Origin: Candidatus Micrarchaeota archaeon
GTDB taxonomy: Archaea; Micrarchaeota; Micrarchaeia; Norongarragalinales; UBA97
Length of the DNA stretch: 39,256 nt
Assembly (NCBI GenBank): GCA_021782355.1
Contig: JAJXUZ010000002.1
Span: 1 to 39,256, forward strand
Direction: 5' to 3'
Part shown: piece after piece, positions 36,024 to 39,256 of the stretch
Position numbering within the stretch: the first letter of the stretch is position 1
How the letters are laid out: every line of letters begins with the position of its first letter
The notes under the pieces: generated by a model
What the model was told of the DNA's origin: nothing
Database searches by the model: none
Seen by the model: the letters and a program-made list of their open reading frames with translations, nothing else
Translations under genes and position numbers: made by a program

Positions 36024-38213
36024 ATGGCACGAAAGGAAGTTGTAGCACAAGATGTAGTTAAACTTATGAAAAGTAGAGACCATATCCGAAATATGGGTAT
36101 AGTCGCTCACGTTGACCACGGTAAAACTACATTGTCAGATTCCTTAGTGGCTGTTGCCGGACTTATTTCAAAAGAGCTTGCAGGAGAACAAAGAGTATTA
36201 GATTACGACCCCCAAGAGCAAGCAAGAGGAATCACTATTAAAGCAGCAAACATCTCGCTTGGTTTTCAATACCAAGGCGAAGATTTTATGATTAATATGA
36301 TTGATACTCCCGGACACGTAGACTTTTCAGGTCACGTTACTCGTGCCATGAGAGCAGTTGACGGAGTAATTTTAGTAGTCGATTCAGTTGAACAAATTAT
36401 GCCTCAAACTGAAACCGTAGTAAGACAGGCATTAAAAGAAAAAGTAAAAATTGTACTCTTTATTAACAAAATTGACCGTTTAATCAACGAACTCAAACTT
36501 GATTCAAACGGAATGCAACAAAGATTTGCAAAAATCATTGCCGGAGTAAACAAATTAATCGACAACTACGCTCCTGAAAATATGAGAGATGAATGGAGAT
36601 TAGGCGTTGACAAAGGAAATGTTGCATTTGGAACTGGTTTTCACAAATGGGCAATTTCCTATCCAGTTATGTTAAGAAACAAAATTGCATTCAAAGATTT
36701 ATATGATTTGTGCAGTGAAGGAAAGCACTCAGAATTAAGACAAAAAGCTCCAATTGAAGACGTTATCTTGGAAATGGTAGTTAAACATCTTCCATCTCCT
36801 CTTGAAGCTCAAAAATACCGTATTCCAGTTATTTGGAAAGGAGACCAAGAATCAGTACATGGCAAAGCAATGCTTACCTGTGACCCAAACGGTCCAGCTT
36901 GTTTTATGATTACTGCAATTGCTATGGATGAACACGCTGGAGAAGTTGCAGTTGGTCGTTTGTATTCAGGTACCGTTAAAAAAGGAACAGAATTATATCT
37001 TGCAAGTAGATATAAAACTGAAAAGCTTCAAGGAGTTTCAATTTATATGGGTCCAGACAGAGTGCTTGTAGATGAAGCAACTGCTGGAAATATCGTTGCT
37101 CTTGTTGGTCTTAAAGATATTTTTGCAGGAGAAACTGCAAGTGAAGGAGAATTAGAGGTTCCTTTTGAAGCTATCAAGCACCACTCCGAACCAGTAGTTA
37201 CCAAGAGTGTAGAAGCAAAGAACCCAAGAGATTTGGTTAAATTAATTGATGTGTTGCAAAAACTTGGAAAAGAAGACCCTACTTTAAGAGTGGAAATTAA
37301 TCACGAAACCGGAGAACACTTAATCTCTGGTATGGGAGAATTACATCTTGAAATTATTGAATATAAGATTGCAAAAGAAAGAGGAGTAGAAATCACCACC
37401 AGTCCTCCAATCGTAGTTTATCACGAAACTATTACCTCTCAAGGACCTGAAATTGAAGGAAAATCTCCTAACAAGCACAACAAATTCAAAATCTTCGTTG
37501 AGCCAATTGAAGAAGGAGTAGTGGAAGCTTTTAGAAACGGAACTATCGATTCAAACACTAAAGGAAAAGATTTAATTGATAAATTAATTACCGCTGGCCT
37601 TAACCGAGACCAAGCAAAGAAGGTTATTAGCGTACACCGCGACAATTTATTCATCGATGCAACTAAGGGAGTTCAATATCTTCAAGATATCAAAGAACTT
37701 ATTACCACTGCATTCGAAGAAGCAATTAATGCAGGTCCATTAGCAAAAGAAAAAGTTGTTGGAGTTAAGGTTGTCTTAACTGATGCAACTATTCACGTTG
37801 ACCCTGCTCACCGCGGTCCAGCTCAAATCTATCCTGCAATTCGAAGACCAATTTATGCTTCTATGCTTCAAGCAAAATGCGTATTACTTGAACCTAAGCA
37901 GAAATTGTTCGTTAATGCTCCTTCAGAATATATGAGTGGAATTATCAGCACCATTCAAGGAAGAAGAGGACAGATATTGGAAATCCAGCAAGAAGGAGAA
38001 GCAGTTTCAATTTCTTCAAAAGTTCCAGTATCTGCAATGTTCGGATTCGCTTCAGATATTCGAGGAGCGTCTCAAGGAAGAGCAGCTTGGTATTATGAAT
38101 ATGCAGGTTACGAGAAACTTCCAGAAGGATTGCAGTCAACTACAATTGCTTCTATTAGAAAGAGAAAGGGAGAGCCCGAAGTTGCTCCAACCTTTAAGGA
38201 CTTTATGGATTAG
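36024..38213 (+). CDS. fusA: Translation elongation factor 2 (aEF-2)
   Basis: GTPase motifs AHVDHGKTT, DTPGHVDF and NKIDR. The diphthamide-loop region is HVDPAHRGPAQI. Length is 729 aa. Confidence 0.95.
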   Translation: MARKEVVAQDVVKLMKSRDHIRNMGIVAHVDHGKTTLSDSLVAVAGLISKELAGEQRVLDYDPQEQARGITIKAANISLGFQYQGEDFMINMIDTPGHVDFSGHVTRAMRAVDGVILVVDSVEQIMPQTETVVRQALKEKVKIVLFINKIDRLINELKLDSNGMQQRFAKIIAGVNKLIDNYAPENMRDEWRLGVDKGNVAFGTGFHKWAISYPVMLRNKIAFKDLYDLCSEGKHSELRQKAPIEDVILEMVVKHLPSPLEAQKYRIPVIWKGDQESVHGKAMLTCDPNGPACFMITAIAMDEHAGEVAVGRLYSGTVKKGTELYLASRYKTEKLQGVSIYMGPDRVLVDEATAGNIVALVGLKDIFAGETASEGELEVPFEAIKHHSEPVVTKSVEAKNPRDLVKLIDVLQKLGKEDPTLRVEINHETGEHLISGMGELHLEIIEYKIAKERGVEITTSPPIVVYHETITSQGPEIEGKSPNKHNKFKIFVEPIEEGVVEAFRNGTIDSNTKGKDLIDKLITAGLNRDQAKKVISVHRDNLFIDATKGVQYLQDIKELITTAFEEAINAGPLAKEKVVGVKVVLTDATIHVDPAHRGPAQIYPAIRRPIYASMLQAKCVLLEPKQKLFVNAPSEYMSGIISTIQGRRGQILEIQQEGEAVSISSKVPVSAMFGFASDIRGASQGRAAWYYEYAGYEKLPEGLQSTTIASIRKRKGEPEVAPTFKDFMD

Positions 38214-38248
38214 TTTCCATAATTTCCTTTTCTTTTTTTATTTTTTAA

Positions 38249-39190
38249 TTAGCGTCTATTCTTCTTCATCATTAGTTTTCTTCTAAGCTGAAACATTGAT
38301 CTTGTTGCAAAAAGTCCAAATAACACATCGGAGGTTAATCCTAAACCTTCTGCTGTATATTTTCTAAATCTATTTTCTAAATTAGGGTTTTGTTTATTGA
38401 AATTAGTTCTATCATCAATTAACTTTTGCCTATATTTTGCCATTTCTTTACTTACAATTTGAGTGTTTTCAGCTCTTTTGTTTGCATAGGGCAAATCATA
38501 TTCTCCAAATCTTCGTAAGTTTTTATACATCAAATAAGTTCCACGAGGACCATCTTTGTAAGTTAAATAAGCATATCTTAAGAATTTCGGGTTTGTTAAT
38601 AATGAATTTTGTCTAGCAGCAGAAAAACTAGAGTAACGAATTTGATTTAGAAAATCTTTTAAATTATTAAACAAAGTAAACGTAGATGCTTTTACATTAT
38701 TCCTTACTGCATTTTCATTAAAGTTTATTATTTGTTGATTGGTAATTTTTGAAACTGGTTCATAGTGTTTTTTTGCAAGCCTTTTCAATTGAATTTGATA
38801 AAATATTTTTTGCCTTTCATTTAGTTTATGTTCATTGATTCTTTTTTGATATACTTGTGGACTCATTATTGTTGTTAAATCAAATAATCTAACTGTCGGG
38901 CTAATTATTTTGTTTTTAATTGCATAAGTTAGTGCAGGTTGAGTAATTTGTCCCAATCCCACGTCAGTTGGCAAGTGTTTTGGATTCATTATTTTGCTTG
39001 GATTAATAAAATTAAATCCCGGTCGATTATAACTTTCTGAACCAAACGTTCCAAAAATATAGGGTTCGTTTATGAATCTAGCTGCATATTTATAGTCAGG
39101 ATTATCTTGATATCTTGAAATTTGAGTTTGAACCAAATTATTTATGAATCTGTCATATTCCGATAAATATTTCGCCATTTCAATCACCAT
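38249..39190 (-). CDS. Hypothetical protein with lytic-transglycosylase (SLT)-like motifs and a basic C-terminal tail
   Basis: Ordered motifs resemble SLT motifs I-III: FGSES (catalytic Glu-Ser), VGLGQITQPALTYA (GLMQ-like) and YAYLTYKDGPRG (AYNAGxG-like). About 100 aa are inserted between motifs II and III. There is no N-terminal signal peptide. The weakly hydrophobic GLGLTSDVLFGLFA is followed by RRKLMMKKNRR. The start could be the ATG at 39178. Confidence 0.45.
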   Translation of the reverse strand: MVIEMAKYLSEYDRFINNLVQTQISRYQDNPDYKYAARFINEPYIFGTFGSESYNRPGFNFINPSKIMNPKHLPTDVGLGQITQPALTYAIKNKIISPTVRLFDLTTIMSPQVYQKRINEHKLNERQKIFYQIQLKRLAKKHYEPVSKITNQQIINFNENAVRNNVKASTFTLFNNLKDFLNQIRYSSFSAARQNSLLTNPKFLRYAYLTYKDGPRGTYLMYKNLRRFGEYDLPYANKRAENTQIVSKEMAKYRQKLIDDRTNFNKQNPNLENRFRKYTAEGLGLTSDVLFGLFATRSMFQLRRKLMMKKNRR

Positions 39191-39207
39191 AAAAAAATAG
39201 TGGTGGA

Positions 39208-39256
39208 TTACTCCACCTTTACGATTCTCACACCATCCACAAGCTCACCCTGGAAG
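39208..39256 (-). CDS. 3' end of an unidentified upstream gene (partial, runs off the window)
   Basis: The reverse strand reads ...FQGELVDGVRIVKVE-stop (TAA at 39210-39208), 17 nt before the start of the next minus-strand gene. It is too short to assign. Confidence 0.3.
   Translation of the reverse strand, partial: FQGELVDGVRIVKVE

Noticed and set aside
37936-38286. 116-aa alternative-frame ORF (and a 64-aa antisense ORF at 37945-38139) at the 3' end of fusA
   Set aside because: They overlap the conserved EF-2 C-terminal domain. The translations are lysine/glutamate/leucine-rich frame artefacts. The part beyond the fusA stop is just the T-rich intergenic region.
1-39256. Search for CRISPR arrays, rRNA genes, long nucleotide-level tandem or inverted repeats, and inteins in the large conserved proteins
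   Set aside because: By eye there are no regularly spaced direct repeats. Intergenic regions are short (mostly under 300 nt) and A/T-rich without periodic structure. RpoA, RpoB, EF-2, the thermosome and MetRS have normal or reduced lengths with contiguous conserved blocks, so no intein-sized insertions.

Overview
AT-rich archaeal chromosomal segment. The evidence is a thermosome, aEF-2, L30e, archaeal NusA and the rpoH-rpoB-rpoA-rpl30e-nusA-rps12-rps7-fusA gene order. Small compact genes, intron-rich tRNAs and N/S/T-rich surface proteins suggest a reduced, DPANN-like lineage; this is inference only. About three quarters of the window is housekeeping: alaS (5' truncated), mscL, uppP, zwf, ogt, tmk, an SDR, an MFS transporter, gnd, a cyclase-family hydrolase, metG, the thermosome, pgi, a YdeN-type hydrolase, and the RNA polymerase / ribosomal protein / EF-2 cluster. 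There are five tRNA genes. Four carry introns (five introns in total), including a two-intron tRNA-Met(CAT) and a tRNA-Pro(CGG) with an intron in the T-loop. The clearly accessory region is 17.3-26.5 kb. It is a same-strand block of five signal-peptide proteins arranged almost symmetrically around a 1700-aa giant surface protein. The order is helical secreted protein, small lipobox protein, tRNA-Gln, giant DUF2341/LamG/CARDB-like protein, small lipobox protein, paralogous helical secreted protein. I recognise no catalytic motif in any of the five, and this block is my best candidate for an undescribed cell-surface or host-contact module. Other oddities: rpoA is one fused 1146-aa gene while rpoB is split, and the two rpoB halves are separated only by a single in-frame TAA plus 11 sense codons. 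Three consecutive RNAP genes need TTG starts. Canonical oxidative pentose-phosphate genes (zwf, gnd) are present in an archaeon. The usual fusA-tuf synteny is broken by a convergent gene whose product has lytic-transglycosylase-like motifs. No CRISPR array, rRNA gene, transposase or integrase was seen. All calls come from reading motifs by eye; no database search was possible.
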